From positions 544,001 through 608,000 of the forward strand of contig OZ239628.1 in NCBI GenBank assembly GCA_965195345.1: a stretch of 64,000 nucleotides of DNA, in the 5' to 3' direction. Source of the stretch: an uncultured Thiomicrospira sp. (GTDB lineage Bacteria > Pseudomonadota > Gammaproteobacteria > CAKMZV01). This document shows positions 1 to 9,848 of this stretch, one piece after another. The translations under genes were made by a program, and so were the position numbers. Numbering within the stretch: the stretch's first letter is position 1; the number at the start of each line of letters is the position of its first letter. A model generated the notes under the pieces. It saw only the letters and a list, made by a program, of their open reading frames with translations, was not told the origin of the DNA and did no database searches.

Positions 1-271
1 TGCAAGGCTTATATTCCTTAGCACGATCACCGCAGAAGCCAATGTATATTCTTACATATATTTGCTGTGTAATCTTGATAAATTACAAATTAGATTTAAA
101 GTCTTATGTATTTTGTGTAGGTAATGCTTCAAAAAGAGAAGTGGCCTAGCGTTTATTTTTTTGCATAATTGCAAAATAAATTAAATTTTCAAAGTCATAT
201 TTTGTATGCTTTAGTGGAAGAGTATACGGTGCTTCGGGTAGAATGGTGCTATACAAAAAAGCAAGTTTTCT

Positions 272-970
272 ATGATCAAAAAAACCAATTGGATAGCACC
301 ATCAATACTCTCTGCTGACTTCTCTTGTTTAGGTGAAGAAGTGAAAAACGTGCTTCAATCAGGGGCGGATGTTGTGCACTTTGATGTTATGGACAATCAT
401 TATGTCCCTAATTTAACAATAGGTCCCTTAGTGTGTGAGTCGTTAAAAAATTATATGTTAAGAGAGGATTTGACGGCTCCAATAGATGTTCATCTAATGG
501 TCAAGCCAGTAGATAGCATGATTAACGATTTTGCTAATGCCGGTGCTGATTTCATTACTTTTCATCCTGAAGCTAGTGAGCACGTTGATCGTTCTTTGGA
601 ACTTATACGCTCACACGGTTGCAAATCAGGACTCGTATTTAATCCCGCTTCTTCCTTACATAGTCTTGATTTTGTTTTAGACAAAATTGATATGATTTTA
701 TTGATGTCGGTTAACCCTGGATTTGGAGGGCAGAGTTTTATATCTTCAACTTTGAAGAAACTAAAGTCTTGTCGTCAGTTAATTGACGCTGGGAAATACG
801 ATATTCGTTTGGAAGTAGATGGAGGCGTCAAGCTTGAAAATTTGGCAGAAGTTCTAGCCGCTGGATGCGACACTTTTGTATCAGGTTCAGGAATATTTTC
901 TAAGGCATCTTCAGCCGATCCAAATCGCTATGACAGCATAATTTCCCAAATGCGCAAAATTTTATCGTAA
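272..970 (+). CDS. rpe: ribulose-phosphate 3-epimerase
   Basis: [43 protein letters not shown] and EVDGGV motifs. Confidence 0.97.
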   Translation: MIKKTNWIAPSILSADFSCLGEEVKNVLQSGADVVHFDVMDNHYVPNLTIGPLVCESLKNYMLREDLTAPIDVHLMVKPVDSMINDFANAGADFITFHPEASEHVDRSLELIRSHGCKSGLVFNPASSLHSLDFVLDKIDMILLMSVNPGFGGQSFISSTLKKLKSCRQLIDAGKYDIRLEVDGGVKLENLAEVLAAGCDTFVSGSGIFSKASSADPNRYDSIISQMRKILS

Positions 971-979
971 GTTGATTAT

Positions 980-2449
980 ATGAACCTTGATGCTTTTAAT
1001 GAATATATTCAGCAAGGCTTTACACAGATTCCACTAATCAAGTGTTTGCCAGCTGATTTAGATACACCATTATCAGTGTATTTGAAAGTTGCTAATACAC
1101 CCAATTCTTATTTGTTTGAGTCTGTGCACGGTGGTGAAAAATGGGGGCGATATTCAATAATTGGTCTTGAATGCAATGAATGGATCAGCGTGCGTGGAAA
1201 AATAATTGAACATCATTGCAATGATCAAATCGAACGATTAGAGGTTGTCGATCCTCTTGACTATATCAATGAGTGGAAGGATGGCTTTAGAATTCCAAAA
1301 CTTAAGGATTCTCCTCTTTTTTCAGGCGGGTTGGTCGGCTATTTTGGTTATGAAACGATTGCGTTTATTGAAGAGCGGCTTTGTTTTACAGATAAGTTAG
1401 ACTCTATAAACGCGCCAGATATTTTTTTGATGGTATCGCAAGAATTAGTGGTATTCGATAATCTGAAAGGGGAGATGCACCTCATAGTTCATGCGGATGC
1501 AAGCAAAGAAGGTTTTTTTGAAGCTTCTGAAAGACTGGAAGGTTTATCGAAGCAATTAAGAACGCCTTATTCTCAACACTCCGCCAATGATACCAGTGCC
1601 TCTGATTCATTGAATTCTGTTTCAGACGTGGAATTTAGTGAGCGCGATTTTAAAGAAGCCGTCACAAAAATCAGAGAATACATCTATTCAGGGGATGTTA
1701 TGCAGGTTGTGCTTGCACGGCGCTTTAGTATGTCATATCACAACGACCCAGTTAGTTTATACCGTTCTATTCGCAATGTTAATCCTTCCCCATATTTATA
1801 TTTTATGCGTCTATTTGAGTTGGATATTATTGGGGCATCTCCGGAAATACTAGTGCGGCTAGAGGAGGGAGAAGTCACTGTTCGTCCTATTGCCGGCACT
1901 CGCCCTCGAGGGGTAACCGTTGAGGAGGATAAGTCTTTAGAAGAAGATTTATTAAATGACCCCAAAGAATTAGCCGAACACTTAATGCTCATTGACTTAG
2001 GTCGCAATGACGCAGGGAGAGTGAGTAAAGTTGGAAGCGTTCATTTGAATGAGAAGTTTACTGTTGAGCGCTATTCTCATGTTATGCATATAGCTTCAAA
2101 TGTTACAGGACAATTAAGGGACGGTCTAAACGCTATTGATGTTTTGCGAGCCTCCTTTCCTGCCGGCACTGTTTCAGGGGCTCCAAAAGTACGTGCAATG
2201 GAAATAATTAATGAGTTAGAACCTAGTAAGCGGGGAATTTATTCTGGAGCGGTTGGCTATTTGGGTTGGCATAATAATATGGATTTGGCAATAGCAATTC
2301 GCACGACGGTACTAAAAGATAATACGTTATACATACAGGCAGGAGCTGGTATTGTTGCGGATTCAACGCCAGACAGTGAGTGGCAAGAAACAACAAATAA
2401 GGCGCAAGCTATGGTGCAGGCTGTTAAACAGGTGAAACGTTATGAGTAA
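980..2449 (+). CDS. trpE: anthranilate synthase component I
   Basis: DLDTPLS, YLFESV..GEKWGRYS, PIAGTRPRG, ELAEHLMLIDLGRND, FPAGTVSGAPKVRAM; first gene of trp cluster. Confidence 0.96.
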   Translation: MNLDAFNEYIQQGFTQIPLIKCLPADLDTPLSVYLKVANTPNSYLFESVHGGEKWGRYSIIGLECNEWISVRGKIIEHHCNDQIERLEVVDPLDYINEWKDGFRIPKLKDSPLFSGGLVGYFGYETIAFIEERLCFTDKLDSINAPDIFLMVSQELVVFDNLKGEMHLIVHADASKEGFFEASERLEGLSKQLRTPYSQHSANDTSASDSLNSVSDVEFSERDFKEAVTKIREYIYSGDVMQVVLARRFSMSYHNDPVSLYRSIRNVNPSPYLYFMRLFELDIIGASPEILVRLEEGEVTVRPIAGTRPRGVTVEEDKSLEEDLLNDPKELAEHLMLIDLGRNDAGRVSKVGSVHLNEKFTVERYSHVMHIASNVTGQLRDGLNAIDVLRASFPAGTVSGAPKVRAMEIINELEPSKRGIYSGAVGYLGWHNNMDLAIAIRTTVLKDNTLYIQAGAGIVADSTPDSEWQETTNKAQAMVQAVKQVKRYE

Positions 2450-3038
2450 TGTAGTGTATATGATCGATAACTACGATTCTTTCACTTATAATTTGGTTCA
2501 ATATTTAGGTGAACTAGGTGTACAAGTTGAAGTGGGTCGTAATGATAAAATAACATTGTCGGATATTGAAAATACAGCTGCGACGCATTTGATTATTTCA
2601 CCAGGTCCGTGCACGCCTAATGAGGCTGGTATATCAATGGACGCGATTCGTCATTTTTCTGGAAAGATTCCTGTTCTTGGGGTTTGTTTAGGACATCAAG
2701 CCATAGGCCAAGTTTTTGGGGCTAAAGTGGTTAAAGCACAACGAATAATGCACGGTAAAACCTCAATGATTGATCACGATGGGAAAAGTATTTTTCAAGA
2801 TATCCCGTCGCCTTATGAAGCTACACGCTATCATTCTTTAACTTTGCAGGATATTCCTGACTGTTTAGAAATAACTGCTCGAACGATTGCTTGTGCTGAA
2901 GAAGAACCAGAAGTTATGGGTATACGACATAAAAAATTTGCCATTGAGGGTGTGCAGTATCATCCCGAAGCAATATTAACAGAGTATGGCCATAAGTTAT
3001 TACAGAACTTTATCAATCAAACTAAAGGTAAGGAGTAG
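2442..3038 (+). CDS. trpG: anthranilate synthase component II (glutamine amidotransferase)
   Basis: IDNYDSFTYNL, ISPGPCTP, GVCLGHQ, QYHPE; overlaps trpE stop. Confidence 0.95.
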   Translation: MSNVVYMIDNYDSFTYNLVQYLGELGVQVEVGRNDKITLSDIENTAATHLIISPGPCTPNEAGISMDAIRHFSGKIPVLGVCLGHQAIGQVFGAKVVKAQRIMHGKTSMIDHDGKSIFQDIPSPYEATRYHSLTLQDIPDCLEITARTIACAEEEPEVMGIRHKKFAIEGVQYHPEAILTEYGHKLLQNFINQTKGKE

Positions 3039-3040
3039 TT

Positions 3041-4066
3041 ATGACATTTTCTAAAAATCTTGATTTAGTACTTAACAAAATAAATTTAGATGCCGACCAA
3101 ATGGCTGATGTTATGTTTCAAATTATGAGTGGTGACGTTCATGATGCGCAAATAGGTGCATTATTGGCTGGATTACGTTGCAAAGGAGAGTCCGTGACGG
3201 AAATCAGTGCTGCTGCAACGGTGATGAGAAAATTATCTGAGAAAGTGCATATAGAAGATACGGAAAATGCTGTAGATACTTGTGGAACGGGTGGTGATCA
3301 TTCGGGCATTTTTAATGTTTCGACCGCAAGTGCTTTCGTCGCAGCCGCAGCAGGGGTTAAAGTTGCCAAACACGGTAATCGATCGAACACCTCATCGTCT
3401 GGATCATCGGATGTATTAACTGCTGCCGGTGTTAATGTTCAATTAAATGCACAACAGGTAGCTCAATGCGTCGAAACACTTGGAGTGGGTTTTATGTTTG
3501 CCCCTGTGCATCACAGTGCCATGAAAAATGTGATTGGAGTGCGGCAAGCTTTAGGTGTGCGCACATTATTCAATATACTTGGACCACTGACTAATCCTGC
3601 TAATCCCAAAAATCAAGTGCTTGGAGTATATGATAAACAATGGATGAAGCCTATGGCAGAAGTATTACGCGCGCTTGGTAGCAGACAGGTTTTGGTTGTG
3701 CACAGCGATGATGGTATTGATGAAATATCGATTGCTGCAGATACTCAAGTTGCTGAATTGAAAAATCGGGAAATTATTATGCTGACTATCAGCCCTGAAA
3801 ACTATGGTTGTGCGCATTCTGATTTATCAAGTTTGAAAGTAAACAGCCCTGAAGAAAGTTTTAACATGATCAAAGAGGCTTTAAATAATGGTAATGACGC
3901 TGCGACAGATATCATTAAGATGAATGCAGGCGCTGCCATATACGTTTCAGGTGTTAGCCTTACATATGCTGAGGGAATTGAAATTGCCGCAGGCGTTATT
4001 AATGATGGGAGCGCTTGGAAAAAATTGCAAGACTTTGCCTTATTAACACAACAGTTAGCTGGATGA
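3041..4066 (+). CDS. trpD: anthranilate phosphoribosyltransferase
   Basis: DTCGTGGD, FNVST, KHGNRS, RTLFNILGPLTNP. Confidence 0.97.
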   Translation: MTFSKNLDLVLNKINLDADQMADVMFQIMSGDVHDAQIGALLAGLRCKGESVTEISAAATVMRKLSEKVHIEDTENAVDTCGTGGDHSGIFNVSTASAFVAAAAGVKVAKHGNRSNTSSSGSSDVLTAAGVNVQLNAQQVAQCVETLGVGFMFAPVHHSAMKNVIGVRQALGVRTLFNILGPLTNPANPKNQVLGVYDKQWMKPMAEVLRALGSRQVLVVHSDDGIDEISIAADTQVAELKNREIIMLTISPENYGCAHSDLSSLKVNSPEESFNMIKEALNNGNDAATDIIKMNAGAAIYVSGVSLTYAEGIEIAAGVINDGSAWKKLQDFALLTQQLAG

Positions 4067-4073
4067 TTTTATA

Positions 4074-4874
4074 GTGGAAGGCATACTTAGAAAAATAATT
4101 GCACAAAAGTTTTTGGAAGTATCGGAAGGAAAAGCACACGTATCCAAGGAACAACTACTAAAAACTTGTCGTGAAAATGACGTACCTAGGGGGTTTTATA
4201 AAGCTTTGCAAGAGCGAATAAAATCAGGGCAACCTGCGGTAATTGCTGAAATAAAGAAAGCATCTCCTAGCAAAGGGATAATTCGACCAGATTTTCATCC
4301 TGCAGAAATCGCTAAAAGTTATTATTCAGCAGGAGCAAGTGCACTATCTGTATTGACAGACAAGCTGTTTTTTCAAGGAAACGATGCGTTTTTGCAAGAA
4401 GTGCGGGAAAATGTTCCTCTGCCAACTATTCGCAAAGATTTCATGGTAGACGAATGGCAAGTAATACAATCAAGAGCAATTGGTTCAGACTGTGTATTAT
4501 TAATAGCAGCGGCATTAGACAATGTTCTTTTAAAAGATTTATACGCTTGCGCTTGCGCGCTTGATATGGATGTTTTGATCGAAGTGCATAATGCTCATGA
4601 GGTTGAATGCGCTATGCGCTTGGATCCTCAACTATTAGGAATCAATAATCGGAATTTGAATACTTTTGAGGTGGATTTGAAAACAACCATTGAACTGAAA
4701 AATCTGGTAGCCGAAGACGTTTTACTGGTGACAGAAAGTGGCATATGTAATGCACAAGATGTTGCACTGATGCGTCAGCATGGCATAAACACTTTTTTGG
4801 TTGGAGAGGCCTTTATGCGACAGGAAAATCCTGGAAGGGCCTTAAATGATTTGTTTGGAACTATAGAAACGTAA
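4074..4874 (+). CDS. trpC: indole-3-glycerol phosphate synthase
   Basis: IAEIKKASPSKG, LSVLTD, RKDF, GINNRNL, VTESGI, LVGEAFM; GTG start. Confidence 0.96.
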   Translation: MEGILRKIIAQKFLEVSEGKAHVSKEQLLKTCRENDVPRGFYKALQERIKSGQPAVIAEIKKASPSKGIIRPDFHPAEIAKSYYSAGASALSVLTDKLFFQGNDAFLQEVRENVPLPTIRKDFMVDEWQVIQSRAIGSDCVLLIAAALDNVLLKDLYACACALDMDVLIEVHNAHEVECAMRLDPQLLGINNRNLNTFEVDLKTTIELKNLVAEDVLLVTESGICNAQDVALMRQHGINTFLVGEAFMRQENPGRALNDLFGTIET

Positions 4875-4892
4875 ATACTAAGAAGTAAAACT

Positions 4893-5306
4893 ATGAAATC
4901 AGAATTAAATTGGAAAAGTGGTGTCGCTAGTGAAGTTATTATTGATGGCACCCATACAATACATATTGATGGTAGCCCAGATATAGGGGGAGCAGGCGCT
5001 GGTTCAAGACCCATGGATGTGGTTTTGGCAGCATTAATGGGATGTTCGTCTATTGATGTGGCGATGATTCTGCGTAAAATGAAACAACAATTCGACAGTT
5101 TAAAAATCAGTGTTGATGCACAGCGGATCGATGCTGTCCCTTCGACATTTTCTGATATTGTTTTGTATTTTCAAGTAGATGGAAAAGATTTGAACGTAGA
5201 ACGTGTGAATCGAGCTGTTGAATTGTCTGTTGATAAATATTGCTCGGTTGCGACTATGCTACGTAATGGGGGTGTAAATATTACTTGGCAGTGTACAGTG
5301 AGCTAA
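4893..5306 (+). CDS. OsmC/YhfA family protein
   Basis: G..GSRPMD...ALMGCSSIDV and ELSVDKYCSV two-Cys signature. Confidence 0.88.
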   Translation: MKSELNWKSGVASEVIIDGTHTIHIDGSPDIGGAGAGSRPMDVVLAALMGCSSIDVAMILRKMKQQFDSLKISVDAQRIDAVPSTFSDIVLYFQVDGKDLNVERVNRAVELSVDKYCSVATMLRNGGVNITWQCTVS

Positions 5307-5310
5307 GGTA

Positions 5311-6090
5311 GTGGTTTACTTAACAGACTTCATCGGTTTTCTAACCGCTGATTTTCCTGTATTAAGCAATTCACAGTGGATGGCGTGTGCTTTGGTTTTT
5401 ATATGGTCGGGCTTTGTACGCTCAGGGCTTGGATTCGGGGGTGCTGCACTTGGTTTGCCTTTAATGCTTTTTATCATTCCAGATGTGGCATTGTGGCTAC
5501 CTGTTATCGGACAACATTTGCTGTTTTTTTCACTTATAACATTATTTGGAAAAACGCGCCTCATCGATTGGACGGCTATTCGACACTGTATTCGTTGGGC
5601 ATTTGTTCCTAAAATTATCGGAGTGCTCGGATTAGTTAGTTTGCCAGTTATTTGGGTTGCCACTTTTATTTACATTTTATGTGGAGTGTATGCAATTAGT
5701 TGGATATTTAAATTTAAAGTAACATTCGCCACCAAATGGCAAGAACGATTCATGCTCATGATCGGAGGTTATATTTCAGGAGTTGCTCTTAGTAGCGCAC
5801 CACTTTTTGTTCCGATATTCGTCAAGTATGTTTCAAAAGAAAAGATACGAGTGACTTTATTTGCTTTTTGGGCTATAGTTGTTTCAATTAAGTTGATGTC
5901 TTTTATCGTATTGACGGTACCGTTGCATTGGGAAATAGCGCTGCTTACGTTGCCAGCAGCGGCGCTTGGTCATTATTTTGGAAGTATTGCACATAGTGCA
6001 ATGGTTAATAATCAATATTTAATGCAACTGAATATGGGCATTGCATTGCTATTGATTTGTATAATTGGTTTCGCAAGGCTGTTTGGATAA
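5311..6090 (+). CDS. TauE/SafE (TSUP) family membrane exporter
   Basis: FIWSGFVRSGLGFGGAALGLP N-terminal motif; multiple hydrophobic segments. Confidence 0.85.
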   Translation: MVYLTDFIGFLTADFPVLSNSQWMACALVFIWSGFVRSGLGFGGAALGLPLMLFIIPDVALWLPVIGQHLLFFSLITLFGKTRLIDWTAIRHCIRWAFVPKIIGVLGLVSLPVIWVATFIYILCGVYAISWIFKFKVTFATKWQERFMLMIGGYISGVALSSAPLFVPIFVKYVSKEKIRVTLFAFWAIVVSIKLMSFIVLTVPLHWEIALLTLPAAALGHYFGSIAHSAMVNNQYLMQLNMGIALLLICIIGFARLFG

Positions 6091-6112
6091 GTTATTTAAA
6101 ATTAGGAATGTT

Positions 6113-6313
6113 ATGAAAAGATTGAAATATTTGTTGATGAATGGTACATTTTTTCTTATCTTAGCTAGTTTGTGTGCTGCTTGTAGCACATCACCGAGTG
6201 CTACTGAAGTAGCTGCCCAAAAGGAAAAAGAGCGCCAGAGGCAGTTGCAAAGATCCGATGATAGTTACGAAAATTTAGAAGAAGAAACAAAACGCGATAC
6301 AGGGTACGAATAA
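6113..6313 (+). CDS. small lipoprotein, unknown function (66 aa)
   Basis: AGGA RBS at 6104-6107 then ATG 6113; MKRLK, hydrophobic stretch, LCAAC lipobox, charged tail; ORF track starts it further upstream at 6065. Confidence 0.6.
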   Translation: MKRLKYLLMNGTFFLILASLCAACSTSPSATEVAAQKEKERQRQLQRSDDSYENLEEETKRDTGYE

Positions 6314-6358
6314 TAAGTTATCAGATTAACCCAGCATGCAAAAATATTTGCTATGAAA

Positions 6359-6913
6359 TCAAAAAGCCTGTTTGTTTGGTTGGGTGTTGGATTTTTTGAG
6401 GAGAATGTAGACAGCACCAGTTCCACCATATTTAGGAAGGCATGAATAAAAAGCCAAGACAAATTCCACTTGGGGAAGCCAATGGTTGACGTGGTTTTTT
6501 ATGATACTACGTCCATTGCCATGATTCCCTTTGCCATGAATAACCCTTAAATGGAATAAGTTTTGTTGTTGTGCTTGAAGCAAGAAATGTTCGATTTTTG
6601 TACGTGCTTCATTTACTGTGAATCCATGTAAATCAAGCTCTTTTTGGATGATTATTTTACCCTTTTTAAGATTAAGCCAATCGCTTCTACGTGTGCCGGA
6701 TCGGCAATACGACAGTATAGAATCATTTTCAGGAAATTCATCATGAGGGTCACTTAAATGTAAAGGTTTTGAAGAGTTAATTGGCTTAGGTTTAACTGCA
6801 CGTTTCGGTCTCGGCTCCTGTGCTTTCAAGGAAAAGTCTGGTTGAGCACGGTTGTTATCCTTAAGTGGTGTTGTATCTTTTAAGAATTCGATAAAGGGAT
6901 TTTTTTTTGACAC
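6359..6913 (-). CDS. Smr/MutS2 C-terminal domain protein
   Basis: ELDLHGFTV, VIHGKG, GGTGAVYILL Smr motifs. Confidence 0.92.
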   Translation of the reverse strand: MSKKNPFIEFLKDTTPLKDNNRAQPDFSLKAQEPRPKRAVKPKPINSSKPLHLSDPHDEFPENDSILSYCRSGTRRSDWLNLKKGKIIIQKELDLHGFTVNEARTKIEHFLLQAQQQNLFHLRVIHGKGNHGNGRSIIKNHVNHWLPQVEFVLAFYSCLPKYGGTGAVYILLKKSNTQPNKQAF

Positions 6914-7178
6914 ATCTATTTTAATTGGGATTCGTATTTACGCTAAAAGCACTAACGCATGTTTTTTATTTTAAGATAGTTATGACGAAAGCATGACGAT
7001 TTATGGTTTTAAATTTTCATCATTCTTAGAGTTGTTTGAAATAATGGAAAATATTAGTCGAGGAGCTGTTTCCAATAAAGGTAAAATAACGTTTCTTCAG
7101 TACTCTGTTTAAATCGAGAACAATTTCTAAAAAAATATTTTATAGAACCCAAGCATTGCGTTTTATATTGAGGATAAC

Positions 7179-7910
7179 ATGAAAATTCTGCTTACTAATG
7201 ATGACGGCTATCAAGCAAAAGGCATACGCCTACTCTATACTGCATTGGCCGAACAGCATACAGTTAAACTGGTTGCTCCTGGAAGAAATCGCAGTGCAGT
7301 AAGCAGTGCATTGACCCTTGATAGGCCTCTAAGCTCTTGCATTACGGAAGAAGGATTCATTTATATTGAACACGGGACACCTACTGACTGTGTACATTTA
7401 GCGTTGACTGGTTTGCTTGACTTTGTACCAGATATGGTAGTTTCTGGAATCAATGCAGGTGCAAATCTTGGAGATGATACTTTGTATTCGGGTACTGTGG
7501 CAGCAGCAATGGAAGGTCGTTTTTTAGGCAAACCTGCTTTAGCTATTTCTGCTGTGGCACCTTTCAATTACGAAAAGTCTGTCCAAGTTGCTTTAAAAAT
7601 CATTAATAAAATTGAACAGGACCCTTTGCCAGAGGAAATACTATTAAATGTCAATGTGCCGGGTGGATCAGAGAAAATTCGGGGCATGCGCATTGTACGT
7701 TTAGGTCATCGTCATAAAGCGGATGATGTCATCAAAAGCCAAGATCCGCAGGGTCGTGATGTATTTTGGATAGGAGCAAGTGGAGAACCTAATGATGGAG
7801 GGGATGGTACCGACTTTGATGCCATTAAAAAAAGGTTTGTTAGTGTTACACCCTTAACGTCTGATCTAACCCGTTATTCTTCACTAAGTCGATTAGAAAA
7901 ATGGCTGTAG
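7179..7910 (+). CDS. surE: 5'/3'-nucleotidase SurE
   Basis: MKILLTNDDG, GTPTDCV, SGINAGANLGDDTLYSGTVAAA. Confidence 0.97.
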   Translation: MKILLTNDDGYQAKGIRLLYTALAEQHTVKLVAPGRNRSAVSSALTLDRPLSSCITEEGFIYIEHGTPTDCVHLALTGLLDFVPDMVVSGINAGANLGDDTLYSGTVAAAMEGRFLGKPALAISAVAPFNYEKSVQVALKIINKIEQDPLPEEILLNVNVPGGSEKIRGMRIVRLGHRHKADDVIKSQDPQGRDVFWIGASGEPNDGGDGTDFDAIKKRFVSVTPLTSDLTRYSSLSRLEKWL

Positions 7911-8617
7911 ACACGTCTGCTTATTCTTTAAGTTGGGAAGATAGACCTGCTAACGGATTTACGTCTTTGAATGCTCGTGAACGTATGGTCAAGCGTTTGC
8001 AAGAGAGGATACCCTCTTCTCAGGGAATAGAAGAAGCGCTTGCTGTTATGAAAATAATTCCAAGACACTTTTTTATCGAAGAAGTTTGGCATCAATACGC
8101 TTATAAAGTTGAACACATGGTTTCTTTACCTTTGGGGCTGAAGCAAACTATCTCTCAACCTATGACCGTTGCCCGTATGAGTGGCTGGTTATGCGATCAC
8201 GCTAAACGCGAATCGGTTCTCGAAATTGGTACTGGGTCTGGTTACCAATGTTCAATATTGTCTCAGTTATTCAACGAAGTATGTACTATTGAACGATTAC
8301 AGTTTTTACAGATGAAGGCTGAAAAAGTTTTAAATAGCCTTCAAATAAAAAACGTTGAGTATCATTATGGAGATGGATTTCTTGGTTGGCCAATTCAACG
8401 TCAATTCGATGCTATCATCGTAACAGCAGCTCCAGAGAGTTTTCCAAGTTCATTGTTACCATTTCTAAAAACAAATGGTGTTTTGATAACTCCTGTAGGA
8501 GAAAATGGCAATCAGCGGCTTATCGGATACAAGGCACGAACTGGGCAAAGACCTGAAATAGATGATATTTGTTCTGTTAGCTTCGTCCCAATGATTAAGG
8601 GTTGCAAAAGTGCATAA
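7901..8617 (+). CDS. pcm: protein-L-isoaspartate O-methyltransferase
   Basis: QTISQP, VLEIGTGSGYQ, GDGFLGW, FDAIIVTAA, FVPM; follows surE. Confidence 0.94.
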   Translation: MAVDTSAYSLSWEDRPANGFTSLNARERMVKRLQERIPSSQGIEEALAVMKIIPRHFFIEEVWHQYAYKVEHMVSLPLGLKQTISQPMTVARMSGWLCDHAKRESVLEIGTGSGYQCSILSQLFNEVCTIERLQFLQMKAEKVLNSLQIKNVEYHYGDGFLGWPIQRQFDAIIVTAAPESFPSSLLPFLKTNGVLITPVGENGNQRLIGYKARTGQRPEIDDICSVSFVPMIKGCKSA

Positions 8618-8839
8618 GCTCATTAAAGGCTGGTTTGGTGATGCATGTTTAATCTAAGGTTTTTTACTATTCTATAAAAAAATGCAGGCTATAATTGATA
8701 GCGAATTTAACAAATACGTTATTTTGCAACGCGATAAATGTACCGTCTATTGAGCTCTAGCTAAGAAAGTTTGTCGCAAAGTACTATTATAAAATGGCGT
8801 AATTAAATGTAAGTTTTCTTTATTTTAGGAGTTTTATCT

Positions 8840-9136
8840 ATGCAGTTAAATATTACGGGACAGCACATTACAGTTTCTTCGCCATTAAAGGCACACGTTC
8901 AAGAAAAAATGAAGCGACTTGAGAACCATTTTGATGCTGTGACAAATGCACATGTTGTTTTAAAAATCGAAAAGTCTGAACAAATTGCTGAAGCGACAGT
9001 GCACGTTTCTGGTGCAGATTTATTTGCTCAATCACACAATTCAGATATGTACGTCGCCATTGATCAAATGGTATCAAAACTGGATAGTCAAATTATGAAG
9101 CACAAAAGCAGAATGCAATCACATAGAAAAGGATAA
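8840..9136 (+). CDS. hpf: ribosome hibernation promoting factor (short HPF/RaiA family)
   Basis: MQLNITGQHI..., AEATVH, DMYVAIDQMVSKLDSQIMKHK; AGGAG RBS. Confidence 0.92.
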   Translation: MQLNITGQHITVSSPLKAHVQEKMKRLENHFDAVTNAHVVLKIEKSEQIAEATVHVSGADLFAQSHNSDMYVAIDQMVSKLDSQIMKHKSRMQSHRKG

Positions 9137-9143
9137 AGCCATT

Positions 9144-9800
9144 TTGGCAAACGATGCGAATTCAGTTGAAAAAGCCTTGAGAATACTCAAGGCTTTTTGC
9201 ATTGAACAACCTCATTTTCAGTTTACAGAATTAGTAAAGGAAAGTGGGTTTAATAAAACCACTGTACATAGATTGCTTAAAATTTTGGAGAACGAAGGTT
9301 TTGTGGTGCGTGATGTGGGTGGTAAGTATTTGCTTGGTCCACAGATGCATATGTTGAGTTTAGTTAATAAGGTTGAAGAGAGTATCGAAAAAAAAGTCCG
9401 CCCTATATTGTTTGATTTGGTGGAAAAAAGTGGTGAGACTGCTTCTTTTTTAGTAAGGGAAGGGGATATGGAAGTGTGTCAATTTTGTCAAAATTCTCGC
9501 AAAGCCCTCCGCCATCATATGGAAGAGGGTGAGCGTTTTTCTTTGAAAAACGGGCTATCTGCTAATATGCTGTTAGCCTTTACAGGTGATGACGAAGAGA
9601 GTGGATCATTGACGAAACAAAGTTACGGGTTTTCTATGGGGAATAGAGATCCTAATCTTGCCAGTGTGGCGGTTCCAGTTTTGCAGGGATCTTTGTGTCT
9701 TGGGGTGTTGGTAATATCAGGAATTAATGCGCGATTTACTCCTCGGTTTCAGAAAATGTGTGTGCAGTGGTTGCAAACAGCCTCAAAGAAAATTTGGTGA
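9144..9800 (+). CDS. IclR family transcriptional regulator
   Basis: SVEKALRIL, KTTVHRLL HTH, SGETA, ASVAVPV; TTG start. Confidence 0.9.
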   Translation: MANDANSVEKALRILKAFCIEQPHFQFTELVKESGFNKTTVHRLLKILENEGFVVRDVGGKYLLGPQMHMLSLVNKVEESIEKKVRPILFDLVEKSGETASFLVREGDMEVCQFCQNSRKALRHHMEEGERFSLKNGLSANMLLAFTGDDEESGSLTKQSYGFSMGNRDPNLASVAVPVLQGSLCLGVLVISGINARFTPRFQKMCVQWLQTASKKIW

Positions 9801-9848
9801 TTTTTTGATGCTCTCTTCCAATGAAGATGATGCGTTTACAATGTAAGT

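Noticed and set aside
1-271. Riboswitch or ncRNA upstream of rpe
   Set aside because: AT-rich intergenic sequence with no recognisable aptamer; context is cut off by the window edge.
971-979. trp attenuator or leader peptide
   Set aside because: trpE begins 9 nt after rpe, leaving no room; no Trp-codon leader was seen.
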